The notes: generated by a model not told the origin, from the sequence alone. A DNA stretch of 64,000 bases from Lachnospiraceae bacterium Phil5 (GCA_002633185.1 NWBM01000002.1:209640-273639), one strand, 5' to 3'; counted from the stretch's first letter, positions 10,915 through 21,568 are shown. Program-made: numbers and translations.

Positions 10915-13824
10915 ATGAATAACTCTATAAAAATAAAAGGAGCAAAAGAACATAACTTAAAAAATATAGATTTGGAAATTCCAAGAGACAAATTAGTTGT
11001 TGTAACAGGGTTATCAGGTTCTGGTAAATCTTCACTTGCATTTGATACTTTATATGCAGAAGGACAAAGAAGATATGTAGAAAGTTTATCATCATATGCA
11101 AGACAATTCTTAGGTTTAATGGAAAAGCCAAATGTTGAATCTATAGAAGGACTTTCTCCTGCAATATCAATAGATCAAAAAACAACATCAAGAAATCCTC
11201 GTTCAACAGTAGGAACAGTAACAGAAATATATGATTATATTCGTCTTCTTTATGCAAGAATAGGTGTTCCACATTGTCCAAATTGCGGTAAGAAGATTGA
11301 AAAACAATCTATAGATCAAATAATAGATACAGTAATGGCATTGCCTGAAGGAGCTAAAATTCAAGTATTAGCACCAATTGTAAGAGCACGTAAAGGCGAA
11401 TTTGTAAAACAATTAGAAGAGGCTCAAAAGCAAGGTTTTGTACGTGCTAGAATTGATGGAGAAGTAGTAGAAATTTCTGAAGATATTTCATTAGACAAGA
11501 AAAAGAAACACAATATTGAATTAATAGTAGATAGATTAGTTGTAAAGCCAGATATTAGAGCTAGATTAACTGAATCTGTTGAAGTTGCTTTAAAAAACGC
11601 AGATAATTTAGTTTTAATAACATCAAACAACATAGGAGAAGATAAAGATTTTATTTCAAAATTAAACCTAATAAAAACAGGCAAAATTTCAGAAATAAAA
11701 GATAATTCTCAAAAAGAATATGAAATATTATTTAGTCAAAATTATGCATGCCCAGATTGCGGATTTAGCTTTCCAGAGTTAACACCAGGACTATTTTCAT
11801 TCAACAATCCATTTGGTGCATGTCCAAAATGTACTGGTATAGGATATTTACTAAGAATGGATGAAGATTTAATTATACCAGATAAATCAAAAACTTTATA
11901 TGATGGTGTAAAAGCCTTTGGTGCAAGCACAATGAAAAAAGGCGACACTATGGCTAAAATGTATTTTGAAAGTATTGGAAAATACTATGGTGTAGATATA
12001 AAACAACCAATTAAAAAACTACCACGAGAGTTTTTAGATAAAATTCTATATGGTACTGGTGATGAAGCAATTGATTTTAGATATGAATCCATTGCAGGAG
12101 TTCGAAAATTTAAAGCACCATTTGAAGGAGTTATTCCAACACTTGAAAGACGTCATAATGAAACTAAATCTCAAGGTATGAGAGATTTTTATGAAATGTA
12201 TATGAGTGAAAGCCATTGTGATGTATGTAATGGAGCAAGACTTAAAAACGAAGTATTAGCCGTAACTATAGGAACAAAGAATATAAATCAATTAACAGAA
12301 ATGCCTATAAACAAAATAAAAGACTATTTAAACAGTTTAAAACTATCTAAAAAAGATGCAATGATAGCTGATGCAATTCTTAAAGAAATGAATAAAAGAC
12401 TTCAATTCTTAATTGATGTAGGATTAGAATATTTAACATTATCAAGAAGCGCTGGAACTCTATCTGGTGGAGAAGCACAAAGAATTCGTTTAGCAACACA
12501 AATTGGTTCAGGGCTAACAGGTGTATTATATATTTTAGATGAACCAAGTATAGGATTACATCAACGTGATAACGAAAAATTAATTGCTACTCTAAAGAAA
12601 TTAAGAGATTTAGGAAATACTTTATTGGTAGTAGAACATGATGAAGATACAATGTATGCTGCAGACCAAATAATAGATATTGGTCCAGGAGCAGGTGTTC
12701 ATGGTGGAAACGTTATGGCACAAGGAACTGCTGAAGAAATTAAAAAGGTAGAAGATTCAATTACTGGACAGTATTTGAGTGGTAAAAAGAAAATAGAAGT
12801 TCCTAAAAAACGTAGAAAACCAACAAAAGGTAAATGTATAGAAATAATTGGCGCATCAGAAAATAACTTGAAAAATATTAATGTTAAGTTCCCATTAGGA
12901 TTATTTAACTGTATTACAGGAGTTTCAGGTTCTGGTAAAAGTACTTTAATAAATGAAGTTCTATATAAATCAATTACAAAGGAACTAAACGACTCACATG
13001 TAAAACCTGGAAAATGCAAGGAAATAAAGGGAATAGAGAACATAGATAAAATAATAAATATAGATCAATCTCCAATAGGACGTTCACCACGTTCAAATCC
13101 TGCAACATATACAGGAGTATTTGATTTAATAAGAGATATATTTGCCGGTACAAATGAAGCTAAAATGCGTGGATATCAAAAGGGAAGATTTAGCTTTAAT
13201 GTAGCAGGTGGAAGATGTGAAAGCTGTTCAGGAGATGGATTAATAAAAATAGAAATGCACTTTTTACCAGATATATATGTGCCTTGCGAAGTATGTAAAG
13301 GAAAACGTTACAACCATGAGACACTAGAAGTAAAATACAAAGGTAAAACAATTGCAGATGTTTTAGATATGACAGTTGAAGATGCTTTAGAATTCTTTAA
13401 AAACATTCCTAAAATAAAGAGTAAAATTCAAACATTATATGATGTAGGATTAGGATATATTAAGCTAGGACAACCATCTACAACATTGTCTGGAGGAGAA
13501 GCTCAACGTGTTAAACTTGCAACAGAACTTTCAAGAAAAGCAACAGGTAAAACACTATATATATTAGATGAACCAACAACAGGACTTCATATAGCTGATG
13601 TTCATCGTTTAGTAGATATTTTACAAAGATTAGTAGATACAGGAAATACAATAATTGTAATAGAACACAATTTAGACTTAATAAAAACATGTGACAACAT
13701 TATAGACCTAGGACCAGAAGGTGGAGAAGCAGGAGGAGAAGTAGTTACAACAGGAACACCTGAACAAGTAGCAAAAGTTAAAGAAAGCTACACAGGCCAA
13801 TTTTTAAAGAAAATACTAAAATAA
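10915..13824 (+). CDS. uvrA: excinuclease ABC subunit A
   Basis: Two ABC modules ([18 protein letters not shown]), LSGGE signatures and CxxC zinc-finger pairs. ATG 10915 has the better SD spacing. Confidence 0.97.
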   Translation: MNNSIKIKGAKEHNLKNIDLEIPRDKLVVVTGLSGSGKSSLAFDTLYAEGQRRYVESLSSYARQFLGLMEKPNVESIEGLSPAISIDQKTTSRNPRSTVGTVTEIYDYIRLLYARIGVPHCPNCGKKIEKQSIDQIIDTVMALPEGAKIQVLAPIVRARKGEFVKQLEEAQKQGFVRARIDGEVVEISEDISLDKKKKHNIELIVDRLVVKPDIRARLTESVEVALKNADNLVLITSNNIGEDKDFISKLNLIKTGKISEIKDNSQKEYEILFSQNYACPDCGFSFPELTPGLFSFNNPFGACPKCTGIGYLLRMDEDLIIPDKSKTLYDGVKAFGASTMKKGDTMAKMYFESIGKYYGVDIKQPIKKLPREFLDKILYGTGDEAIDFRYESIAGVRKFKAPFEGVIPTLERRHNETKSQGMRDFYEMYMSESHCDVCNGARLKNEVLAVTIGTKNINQLTEMPINKIKDYLNSLKLSKKDAMIADAILKEMNKRLQFLIDVGLEYLTLSRSAGTLSGGEAQRIRLATQIGSGLTGVLYILDEPSIGLHQRDNEKLIATLKKLRDLGNTLLVVEHDEDTMYAADQIIDIGPGAGVHGGNVMAQGTAEEIKKVEDSITGQYLSGKKKIEVPKKRRKPTKGKCIEIIGASENNLKNINVKFPLGLFNCITGVSGSGKSTLINEVLYKSITKELNDSHVKPGKCKEIKGIENIDKIINIDQSPIGRSPRSNPATYTGVFDLIRDIFAGTNEAKMRGYQKGRFSFNVAGGRCESCSGDGLIKIEMHFLPDIYVPCEVCKGKRYNHETLEVKYKGKTIADVLDMTVEDALEFFKNIPKIKSKIQTLYDVGLGYIKLGQPSTTLSGGEAQRVKLATELSRKATGKTLYILDEPTTGLHIADVHRLVDILQRLVDTGNTIIVIEHNLDLIKTCDNIIDLGPEGGEAGGEVVTTGTPEQVAKVKESYTGQFLKKILK

Positions 13825-13835
13825 AAGAACAAATC

Positions 13836-13895
13836 AAATGTCGATGATGGTTGGCTTGATTAATATATTAGTCAAGCCGACCATCATCGACATTT
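13836..13895. terminator. long hairpin (about 25-bp arms), bidirectional terminator
   Basis: AAATGTCGATGATGGTTGGCTTGAT and its near-perfect reverse complement, between uvrA and a convergent small ORF. Confidence 0.7.
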
Positions 13896-13920
13896 GGCCT
13901 TAGCTTATTTTTCTACCTAA

Positions 13921-14037
13921 TTAATCACAATTTCTATTATTATTTGGACAATTACTATCATTTTGATTATTTCTATTATTATTTTGATTGTTTTTATTTT
14001 TGTTTTGATTATTCTTGTTATTATTTTTATCTGACAT
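13921..14037 (-). CDS. 38-aa Asn/Lys/Gln-rich small protein (MSDKNNNKNNQNKNKNNQ...)
   Basis: GGAGGTG SD 6 nt upstream of the ATG and a terminator downstream. Below the ORF-track length cut-off. Confidence 0.35.
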   Translation of the reverse strand: MSDKNNNKNNQNKNKNNQNNNRNNQNDSNCPNNNRNCD

Positions 14038-14215
14038 AAGAAACACCTCCAATCGTTTTCTCAAAATTATTATGTGAAAAAATTAAAAAATTATACAAAA
14101 ATAAAAAATTTGAAAAAAAGAATTTATAAAATTCTATTGACTAAAATAAAATATTATATTTTAATAATAAATGAAGAAAATAACAAGAAAATTAAATGAA
14201 AGAAGAGGAAAATTA

Positions 14216-14857
14216 ATGGAAGATAGCCAAATTAATCTTTTAGACTTAATAGCCTGTAACAGCCTAGAAAATATAATATATGACGCGCAAACAAATGAAA
14301 TAGACATACACAATTATTTATTTAAAGGCTGCTATGAAGCACATATAGATACAGCAAATATAGAATTTAATAAATGTAAATTTTTGGATTCAATATGTTT
14401 AAATGCAAGATTTAATAGAGTTGCATTTACAGATACAATATTTGAGGGATGTGATTTTTCAAACACAGATTTTAGTGAATGTACATTTATTAGAGTAACA
14501 TTTAGAAACTGCAAATTAGTTGGATGCAATTTTACAAGAACATATATGCATAATGCAAACTTTGATAATTGCAATATATCTTATTCAAATATGTCACTTA
14601 CAAATTTAAAAGAAACAAATTTTGTAAATTGTAAATTATCCAACTCAAGCATACAAGAAGCAGTATTAAAAAATGTATTTTTTCAATATTCAAACTTAAT
14701 AGGAGCACAACTATTTAGAACAAGTCTAAGTGGAATAGATTTTAGAACATGCGATATAACAGGATTAGTAATAGCACCACAGGATTTACAAGGAATGATA
14801 GTAGATGAATATCAAGCAATTGAACTTTCGAAATTATTAGGAATTGTAGTAAAATAA
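14216..14857 (+). CDS. pentapeptide-repeat protein
   Basis: Continuous pentapeptide periodicity, e.g. CDFSNTDFSECTFIRVTFRNCKLVGCNFTRT. ATG 14216 follows AGAGGAAA. Confidence 0.8.
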   Translation: MEDSQINLLDLIACNSLENIIYDAQTNEIDIHNYLFKGCYEAHIDTANIEFNKCKFLDSICLNARFNRVAFTDTIFEGCDFSNTDFSECTFIRVTFRNCKLVGCNFTRTYMHNANFDNCNISYSNMSLTNLKETNFVNCKLSNSSIQEAVLKNVFFQYSNLIGAQLFRTSLSGIDFRTCDITGLVIAPQDLQGMIVDEYQAIELSKLLGIVVK

Positions 14858-14869
14858 GGAGGTTTATTT

Positions 14870-15871
14870 ATGAATTTTATTGAATCAATTAAAGAAAAAG
14901 CAAAAAATGAAATCAAAAACATTATTCTACCAGAGGGAAATGACATACGTACATTAAAAGCCGCTTCTATAGCATTAAAAGAAGCATATGCAAACATAAC
15001 AATACTAGGAAACAAAAATGAAATAGAAAAAATGGCAAAAGAAAACAATTTAGACATATCAAAAGCAACAATAATAAACCCATTAGAAAGCGAAAAATAC
15101 AATGAATATGTAAACGCCTTCTATGAATTAAGAAAAGCAAAAGGAATGACATTAGAACAAGCAGAAGACATAATAAGAGACGAAACATACTTTGGAATGA
15201 TGATGGTAAAACAAGGAGATGGAGATGGTCTAGTATCAGGAGCATGCCACTCAACATCAGACACACTAAGACCAGCACTACAAATATTAAAAACAGCACC
15301 AGGAACAAAACTAGTATCAGCATTCTTCATAATGGTAGTACCAAACTGCGAATATGGAGAAAACGGAATATTTATTTTTTCAGACAGCGGACTAAACGAA
15401 TATCCAGATGCAGATGCATTATCAGAAATAGCAATATCATCAGCAAAAAGCTTTGAACAATTAGTAGGAAAAGAACCTAAAGTAGCAATGCTATCATATT
15501 CAACATATGGAAGTGCACACTCACCATTAGCAGATAAAGTAATAGAAGCAACAAAACTATTAAAACAAAAAGCACCAGACTTAATATGTGATGGAGAGCT
15601 ACAACTAGATGCAGCAATAATACCAGAAATAGCACAATCTAAAGCACCAGGAAGCCCTGTAGCAGGACAAGCAAACACATTAATATTCCCAGACTTAGAT
15701 GCAGGAAATATAGGATATAAATTAGTACAAAGACTAGCAAAAGCAGAAGCATATGGACCACTATGTCAAGGAATAGCAAAACCTGTAAATGACTTATCAA
15801 GAGGATGCTCAGCAGAAGACATAGCTGGCGTAATAGCAATAACAGCTGTGCAAGCACAAAATCAAAATTAA
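14870..15871 (+). CDS. pta: phosphate acetyltransferase
   Basis: 333 aa of PTA type, sitting directly upstream of ackA. Confidence 0.95.
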   Translation: MNFIESIKEKAKNEIKNIILPEGNDIRTLKAASIALKEAYANITILGNKNEIEKMAKENNLDISKATIINPLESEKYNEYVNAFYELRKAKGMTLEQAEDIIRDETYFGMMMVKQGDGDGLVSGACHSTSDTLRPALQILKTAPGTKLVSAFFIMVVPNCEYGENGIFIFSDSGLNEYPDADALSEIAISSAKSFEQLVGKEPKVAMLSYSTYGSAHSPLADKVIEATKLLKQKAPDLICDGELQLDAAIIPEIAQSKAPGSPVAGQANTLIFPDLDAGNIGYKLVQRLAKAEAYGPLCQGIAKPVNDLSRGCSAEDIAGVIAITAVQAQNQN

Positions 15872-15891
15872 GGATAAAGGGAAGATTTTAA

Positions 15892-17082
15892 ATGAAGATA
15901 TTAGTATTAAATAGTGGTAGTTCATCACTTAAATATCAATTAATAGAAATGGAAACCGAAACAGTTCTTGCAAAAGGAAATTTTGAAAGAATCGGACAAA
16001 ATAACTCATTCTTAACACATAAAGTAGGTGACTGTAAACACAAGTTTGAGCGTCCAGTTTCTAATCATGAAAAAGCAATTAAATTTGTTTTAGCAAGATT
16101 ATTAAGCAATCAATATGGTGTTATCAAATCTGTAGATGAAATAGATGCTATTGGACATAGAGTAGTTCATGGAGGAGAGAAATACACAGACCCTGTTATT
16201 ATTACACCAGAAGTATTAGAAGGACTAAAATCTATAATAGATTTAGCACCATTACATAATCCAGCAGCCATATCTGGAATGGAGGCATGTATAAACTTAA
16301 TGCCAGGTAAACTAAATGTAGCAGTATTTGATACAGGATTCCATAAAACAATACCAGAAGAAAGTTATATATATCCAATACCATATAGATATTATGAAAA
16401 ATACAAAATTCGTAGATATGGTTTCCATGGAATATCACATGAATATGTATCAAGAAGAGTTGCAGAACTTGCAAATAAACCTCTTGAAGATCTTAAAATA
16501 ATTAACTGCCATCTTGGTCAAGGTGCAAGTATATGTGCAATAAAAGATGGTAAATCTGTAGATACCAGTATGGGCTTCACACCACTTGGCGGAATACCTA
16601 TGGGAACTAGAAGTGGAGATATAGATCCATCTGTTGTTACGTATATAGCAAAATACAGAAAACATACTCCAGATGAAATGGATGAAATATTAAATAAGAA
16701 ATCTGGTGTATACGGTATTTCTGAAATATCTGTAGATTTTAGAGATATTGAAGCAGAAGCAGCTGATGGTGATAGAAATGCATTAATGGCTCTTGATAGA
16801 TTTGCATATAATGTAGCTCAATATATAGCAAAATACATGGTATCTATGGGCGGAGTTGATATAATTTCATTCACAGCAGGTATTGGAGAAAAAGATGCAA
16901 AAGAAAGAAAGAAAATTTGCGATTATTTAGCATTCTTAGGAGTAAAATTAGATGATGAAAGAAATACTACATTTGTAAATTGTGAAGGAAAAATTTCTGC
17001 AGATGATTCAAAAATCGAACTATATGTTGTTCCTACTAATGAAGAATTATTAATTGCAAGAGATGTAAAAAGTAAAATGTAA
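15892..17082 (+). CDS. ackA: acetate kinase
   Basis: N-terminus MKILVLNSGSSSLKYQL, plus HRVVHGG and GFHGISH motifs. Confidence 0.95.
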   Translation: MKILVLNSGSSSLKYQLIEMETETVLAKGNFERIGQNNSFLTHKVGDCKHKFERPVSNHEKAIKFVLARLLSNQYGVIKSVDEIDAIGHRVVHGGEKYTDPVIITPEVLEGLKSIIDLAPLHNPAAISGMEACINLMPGKLNVAVFDTGFHKTIPEESYIYPIPYRYYEKYKIRRYGFHGISHEYVSRRVAELANKPLEDLKIINCHLGQGASICAIKDGKSVDTSMGFTPLGGIPMGTRSGDIDPSVVTYIAKYRKHTPDEMDEILNKKSGVYGISEISVDFRDIEAEAADGDRNALMALDRFAYNVAQYIAKYMVSMGGVDIISFTAGIGEKDAKERKKICDYLAFLGVKLDDERNTTFVNCEGKISADDSKIELYVVPTNEELLIARDVKSKM

Positions 17083-17104
17083 TATATTAATCATAATAAA
17101 AAAT

Positions 17105-17136
17105 GCAGCAGACTATATAAAGCCTGCTGCGTTTTT
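17105..17136 (+). terminator. intrinsic terminator after ackA
   Basis: GCAGCAG-loop-CTGCTGC hairpin followed by a T-run. Confidence 0.65.
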
Positions 17137-17170
17137 GCATTTGCAAAAATTTTTTTTGATAACACAAGGA

Positions 17171-17938
17171 TTAATCTGAAGGATTTACAGAAGTAACGTT
17201 TTCATCATCAGCAGAAACTAATCCGAGATTTTCAGGAATTTCTCTATCAATAATAGTAACAACTCCGTACTGCCAAACCTTGTCCATTTTGGCAAGTTGT
17301 TCATCTAGTTCCTTCTTATTATTGATTTTTGTTGATGCCGCTTCTTCTTTGTTTTGGAAAAGCATAACATTTATATCTCTGCTTTTCAACTCATCAAGAT
17401 TTAGATCTGCCTGAATAATGTAATCGACTGTAGATTCATTTTTCATGAATTCGCACTGCTTTTGAATAAACATATTACAAATTTTATCTGCAATTATTGC
17501 AGCAGGGAAATATTGCAAACATGTTTTAAATGCAACTACACTATAGCCTTGTTTTGTTTGGAACATTGCAAATGACCGACTGGTTAAATAAGGATTCAAC
17601 ATTCGAAGCTCTTCAGGAACTTTAATCATTTTAACAATTTTTTCCTGAATTTGAAAATACTCCGGAATACATGAATCTTTGGTAAAAGTATGATCACCTA
17701 GATTTTGCATAAAGTCCATAACCCAGTAAATCACCTGAAATCCGACCCAGATGGCATAGAATAAGGGTGGTGCAATAAACATTTTGATTAGAGCAATAAT
17801 AGTCATAATCCAGAACGCAGATTTTGTCAGAAGCTTAACGGTTTTAAAAATGTGAGCCTTTGCAAATGATGATCTGTACTCTACAGCAATCGCTGCTAAA
17901 GTTTGTTGCCAGTCATCTGTTTCAAAAAAGCTTTGCAT
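17171..17938 (-). CDS. hypothetical membrane protein
   Basis: Hydrophobic helices in the N-terminal half. ATG 17938 follows GAAGGGAG. Confidence 0.55.
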   Translation of the reverse strand: MQSFFETDDWQQTLAAIAVEYRSSFAKAHIFKTVKLLTKSAFWIMTIIALIKMFIAPPLFYAIWVGFQVIYWVMDFMQNLGDHTFTKDSCIPEYFQIQEKIVKMIKVPEELRMLNPYLTSRSFAMFQTKQGYSVVAFKTCLQYFPAAIIADKICNMFIQKQCEFMKNESTVDYIIQADLNLDELKSRDINVMLFQNKEEAASTKINNKKELDEQLAKMDKVWQYGVVTIIDREIPENLGLVSADDENVTSVNPSD

Positions 17939-18233
17939 AAAATCCAATCTCCCTTCAATATATTAATAAATTGAGGAATTGCTAATTCATACATGAATAC
18001 TCTTATATGAATTATCTTTGCTATGCTCCTTGTGTTATAAACATACAAAGATTAGTGGTATTATATAATAATTAACATAAAAAGTCAATGAAAGATGCAT
18101 TATTAAGAGGATTTTTTAGTTTTAAACAAATTAATTTGCTAAATTTAATATTATATGTTATAAATAGTATGTAAAAAATAAAGTGGAATGATTTATGACG
18201 CGTCCCAAATTGTTCCAGAAAGGAAGTTATTAA

Positions 18234-19430
18234 ATGAAAATTTTAGTTTTAAACTGTGGTAGTTCTTCATTAAAATATCAATTAATAGATATGGAAAATG
18301 AAGAAGTAATTGCAAAAGGTAATTATGAAAGGATAGGGGAGGAAAAAGCTTTTGTAACACATAAGGTTAATGGAGAAAAATATGTTATAGAAAATTATGC
18401 TCCTACACATAAAGAAGCTTTGGAATTTATTATAAAACAATTAACTGAAACAGAATATGCTGTTGTAAGTAATTTAGATGAAATAAATGCTGTTGGACAT
18501 AGAGTTGTTCAAGGTGCTGAAAAATATGCAGATCCTATATTAATTGATGATAGTGTTATAGCAGGAATTAAAGAAATTGCAGATTTAGCTCCAGTTCACA
18601 ATATGGCAGCAGCTATGGGAATGGAAGCTTGTAAAGCATTAATGCCAAATACACCTTGTGTAGCTGTTTTTGATAATGGTTTCCACAAGACTATTCCTGA
18701 AGAAAGATATTTGTTCCCAATACCATATCACTATTATAGAGATTATAAAATTCGTAAATATGGTTTCCATGGAACATCTCATTTTTATGTTTCAAGAAGA
18801 GTTGCTGAACTTGAAAATAAACCAGTAGAAGAACTTAAAACTATAGTGTGTCACTTAGGACAAGGTGCAAGCTTATGTGCTGTTCAAGGTGGTAAATCAG
18901 TTGATACAAGTATGGGATTAACTCCACTTGGTGGAATTATGATGTGTGCTAGAAGCGGTGATTTAGACCCTTCAATTGTAACATTCATAATGAAAAAAGA
19001 TGGTACAAGTCCAGAAGAAATGGATAGAATTTTAAATAAAGAATCTGGTTTAGCTGGAATTTCTGGTGAAGCTCCAGATGTTAGAGATATTGAAGCCGCT
19101 TCTAATAACGGAAGTCATCAAGCAGCACTTGCTTTAAAAGCTTATGATTTAAACATTGCTCAATTTATAGCAAAATATGCTGTATCTATGGGTGGAGTTG
19201 ATAATATAGTATTCACAGCAGGTGTTGGTGAAAATCAATTTAACAGAAGAAGCGGTATCTGTAAGAATCTTGAATTCTTAGGTGTTAAATTAGATGAAGA
19301 TAAGAATCATACTAAAGCTGATGAAATTGAAATATCAAGTGAAGATTCAAAAATTAAAGTTTGGGTTATTGCTACTAATGAAGAGTTAGTTATAGCTAGA
19401 GAAACAATGAAAATTGCTCAAAATATGTAA
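18234..19430 (+). CDS. ackA: acetate kinase, second paralog
   Basis: Collinear with the 15892-17082 product along its full length (same MKILVLNCGSSSLKYQL, HRVV.G, GFHGTSH motifs). Confidence 0.93.
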   Translation: MKILVLNCGSSSLKYQLIDMENEEVIAKGNYERIGEEKAFVTHKVNGEKYVIENYAPTHKEALEFIIKQLTETEYAVVSNLDEINAVGHRVVQGAEKYADPILIDDSVIAGIKEIADLAPVHNMAAAMGMEACKALMPNTPCVAVFDNGFHKTIPEERYLFPIPYHYYRDYKIRKYGFHGTSHFYVSRRVAELENKPVEELKTIVCHLGQGASLCAVQGGKSVDTSMGLTPLGGIMMCARSGDLDPSIVTFIMKKDGTSPEEMDRILNKESGLAGISGEAPDVRDIEAASNNGSHQAALALKAYDLNIAQFIAKYAVSMGGVDNIVFTAGVGENQFNRRSGICKNLEFLGVKLDEDKNHTKADEIEISSEDSKIKVWVIATNEELVIARETMKIAQNM

Positions 19431-19446
19431 TCTAAATACTTTATAT

Positions 19447-19488
19447 ATCCCCTTAACTCAATATAAGAGTTACAGGGGATTCTTTTTT
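19447..19488 (+). terminator. intrinsic terminator
   Basis: ATCCCCT-loop-AGGGGAT hairpin followed by a T-run. Confidence 0.6.
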
Positions 19489-19584
19489 ACGCTAGACAAA
19501 TATAATAATTTGTAGTATAATATATTTTATGTGTTATATACACAAACATTTTATAGCCATAACTATGGCAGAAAGGAAGAACAA

Positions 19585-20292
19585 ATGAAAAAAGATGCGT
19601 GGAGAACTGAAAGCACAAGGAGACTTAGCGAGAGCGAAAAAATTGAACAACGGTTGAAGAAAAGAGTTTCAACAATTATAATTGCAATTATAGGTTTTTT
19701 GATTAGTCTTACTTTTGCAATTATAATCTCGAATCTATTTACGGCTTCAGCAAACATCTTAACTTGTGATTCTCAGGAAGATAGTTCTATTCAGCAATAT
19801 GAAATGGTGAATAACAACTGTTATGCTAAAACACAAAAAGAAACAACCACCACAACCACATCAACTACAACGTTAACTACTACCACCACAACAGATACTT
19901 CTACAACAACCACTACAAGTATAACTACAGCTCAAACAACTACAACATATGCACCCAAACAGGTTACGAATAGCAAGTGGAATGGACAAGTACTTACATC
20001 TCAAAATGGAAGAATTCAAGGCCCCTCAGGTCAAGAAACATATTATAACCTTCCAATGGAAGGAATTGTTTCTAGAATGAGAAGAATGGGTTTTGACGAA
20101 GAAAATTATCCATATTGGGTACGAGATGACGGAGTCAAAATGCTTGGTCCATATGTTATGTGTGCAGCGAATCTTGAATTAAGACCGAGAGGAAGCACTG
20201 TAGAGTCTTCACTTGGTACTGCTCTTGTATGTGATACAGGTGGTTTTGCAAAGAAGAATCCAAAACAGCTTGATATTGCAGTTGCATGGTAA
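19585..20292 (+). CDS. membrane-anchored protein with poly-Thr linker and 3D-domain-like (YuiC/MltA-type) C-terminus
   Basis: TM helix, a T-rich linker (TTTTTSTTTLTTTTT...) and a C-terminal LVCDTGGF....LDIAV resembling the 3D domain. The family assignment is from memory only. Confidence 0.55.
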   Translation: MKKDAWRTESTRRLSESEKIEQRLKKRVSTIIIAIIGFLISLTFAIIISNLFTASANILTCDSQEDSSIQQYEMVNNNCYAKTQKETTTTTTSTTTLTTTTTTDTSTTTTTSITTAQTTTTYAPKQVTNSKWNGQVLTSQNGRIQGPSGQETYYNLPMEGIVSRMRRMGFDEENYPYWVRDDGVKMLGPYVMCAANLELRPRGSTVESSLGTALVCDTGGFAKKNPKQLDIAVAW

Positions 20293-20408
20293 CAATTTAA
20301 TTCATTTGTTAAAACTCTCAGTTATTCTGAGAGTTTTTCTTTTTTTAAACACTCTTATTTACATAATTACATAATATATACTAAATATCTATGTAAAGGA
20401 GGGTTTAA

Positions 20409-20987
20409 ATGAGTTTAAAAAATGTAAAAATAGGATTTGCTCTTACAGGTTCTTTTTGTACTTTTGAAAAAACAATAGAGCAAATTGAAAACTTAGTAAA
20501 ATTAGGTTCTGATGTGATTCCAATAATGTCATATAACAGCTACAATTTAGATAGTAAATTTGGAAAAGCTTCAGATCATATAGATAGAATAAAACTACTA
20601 ACAGGCAAAGAAATTATACATTCAATACAAGATGCTGAGCCTATTGGTCCTAAGCAGATGACAGATATAATGATTATTTGCCCTTGTTCTGGAAATACAA
20701 TTGCAAAGCTTGCTAATGGTATAACAGATACTCCAGTTACAATGGCTGCTAAATCTCATTTACGTAATCAAAGGCCTTTAGTTGTTGCAATTTCTACAAA
20801 TGATGCTTTATCAGGTAGTGCAGAGAATATAGGAAAGTTGTTAAATAGAAGGAATTATTATTTTGTGCCATTTAGGCAGGATAATCCGATTACTAAACCC
20901 AATTCTTTGGTGTTTGATGCTAAAATGATTAAAGATACATTAGAAAAAGCTTTGGAGAGGGAGCAGATACAACCTATAATCTTGTGA
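20409..20987 (+). CDS. dpaB: dipicolinate synthase subunit B
   Basis: Collinear with B. subtilis SpoVFB: IGFALTGSFCT, GPK, SGNT.AKLANG.TD.PV.MAAK, STNDAL, F.PF.QD.P..KPNS. Confidence 0.85.
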   Translation: MSLKNVKIGFALTGSFCTFEKTIEQIENLVKLGSDVIPIMSYNSYNLDSKFGKASDHIDRIKLLTGKEIIHSIQDAEPIGPKQMTDIMIICPCSGNTIAKLANGITDTPVTMAAKSHLRNQRPLVVAISTNDALSGSAENIGKLLNRRNYYFVPFRQDNPITKPNSLVFDAKMIKDTLEKALEREQIQPIIL

Positions 20988-21023
20988 ATATAATTTATTG
21001 AAGCTAATAATTTAAGTGCATAG

Positions 21024-21145
21024 TAACGTTGGATGAATATATTAATACGCAGTAAGTGCGCAGTTTGGCGCCTCTAAAAGCCGTCTTTCTCCCAAATCCA
21101 ATCGCCAGCAAACGAACGAAGTATTAATATATTCATCCAACGTTA
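21024..21145. repeat. 122-bp hairpin element: perfect 25-bp AT-rich inverted repeats flanking a 72-bp GC-richer core
   Basis: TAACGTTGGATGAATATATTAATAC at 21024-21048 and its exact reverse complement at 21121-21145. The core continues the pairing (GTTTGGCG / CGCCAGCAAAC). Confidence 0.8.
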
Positions 21146-21201
21146 TGGTGTTGCATATTATAAATAGCGAACAATTATTTGAAATATTTTTTGAAAAAGT
21201 A

Positions 21202-21230
21202 TTGACAGCGAACAGGAGTTCTTGTATAAT
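21202..21230 (+). promoter_or_regulatory. sigma-A promoter with embedded LexA (Cheo) box
   Basis: TTGACA, 17 bp, TATAAT. The spacer contains CGAACAGGAGTTCT, which matches GAAC-N4-GTTC. Confidence 0.65.
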
Positions 21231-21268
21231 ATGTCTATACAAAAAGATGTTCGCAAGGAGGAATGTAT

Positions 21269-21568
21269 ATGAAGAGAATAGTGAATTTTAGAAGATTTTT
21301 AATTAGTAATGTAGTTTTATTTGTAGGTGTATTTGTTTTAATTAGCGCAATTGTTAATAATACGTATTCATATACAGAACCGAAGTATAAAACTATATAT
21401 ACAGAAGATGGAGATACTTTATGGAATATAGCTAATATAGAACAGAGTCAAAATGAATATTATAGAAATAAGGATATTAGATATATAGTAAGTAGTATTA
21501 AAGAAGTAAATGATCTAAAAGTTAGCGATTTGAATGTTGGACAGAAATTATTGATTCCTATTAATTAA
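21269..21568 (+). CDS. LysM-domain membrane protein, YneA-like SOS cell-division inhibitor candidate
   Basis: N-terminal TM plus a C-terminal LysM motif (GDTLWNIA...VGQKLLIP), behind an SOS-box promoter. Confidence 0.6.
   Translation: MKRIVNFRRFLISNVVLFVGVFVLISAIVNNTYSYTEPKYKTIYTEDGDTLWNIANIEQSQNEYYRNKDIRYIVSSIKEVNDLKVSDLNVGQKLLIPIN

Noticed and set aside
5783-17082. Antisense or overlapping ORFs within uvrB, the LRR gene, uvrA, pta and ackA (e.g. 6003-6320, 8563-8919, 11424-11684, 15121-15678, 16232-16474).
   Set aside because: They lie inside confidently identified genes on the opposite strand or in another frame. Their composition is typical of AT-rich antisense frames.
21049-21120. The GC-rich 72-bp core of the hairpin element as a possible tRNA or other small RNA gene.
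   Set aside because: There is no T-loop GGTTCGAAT-like motif, no cloverleaf pairing, and no promoter or terminator of its own.
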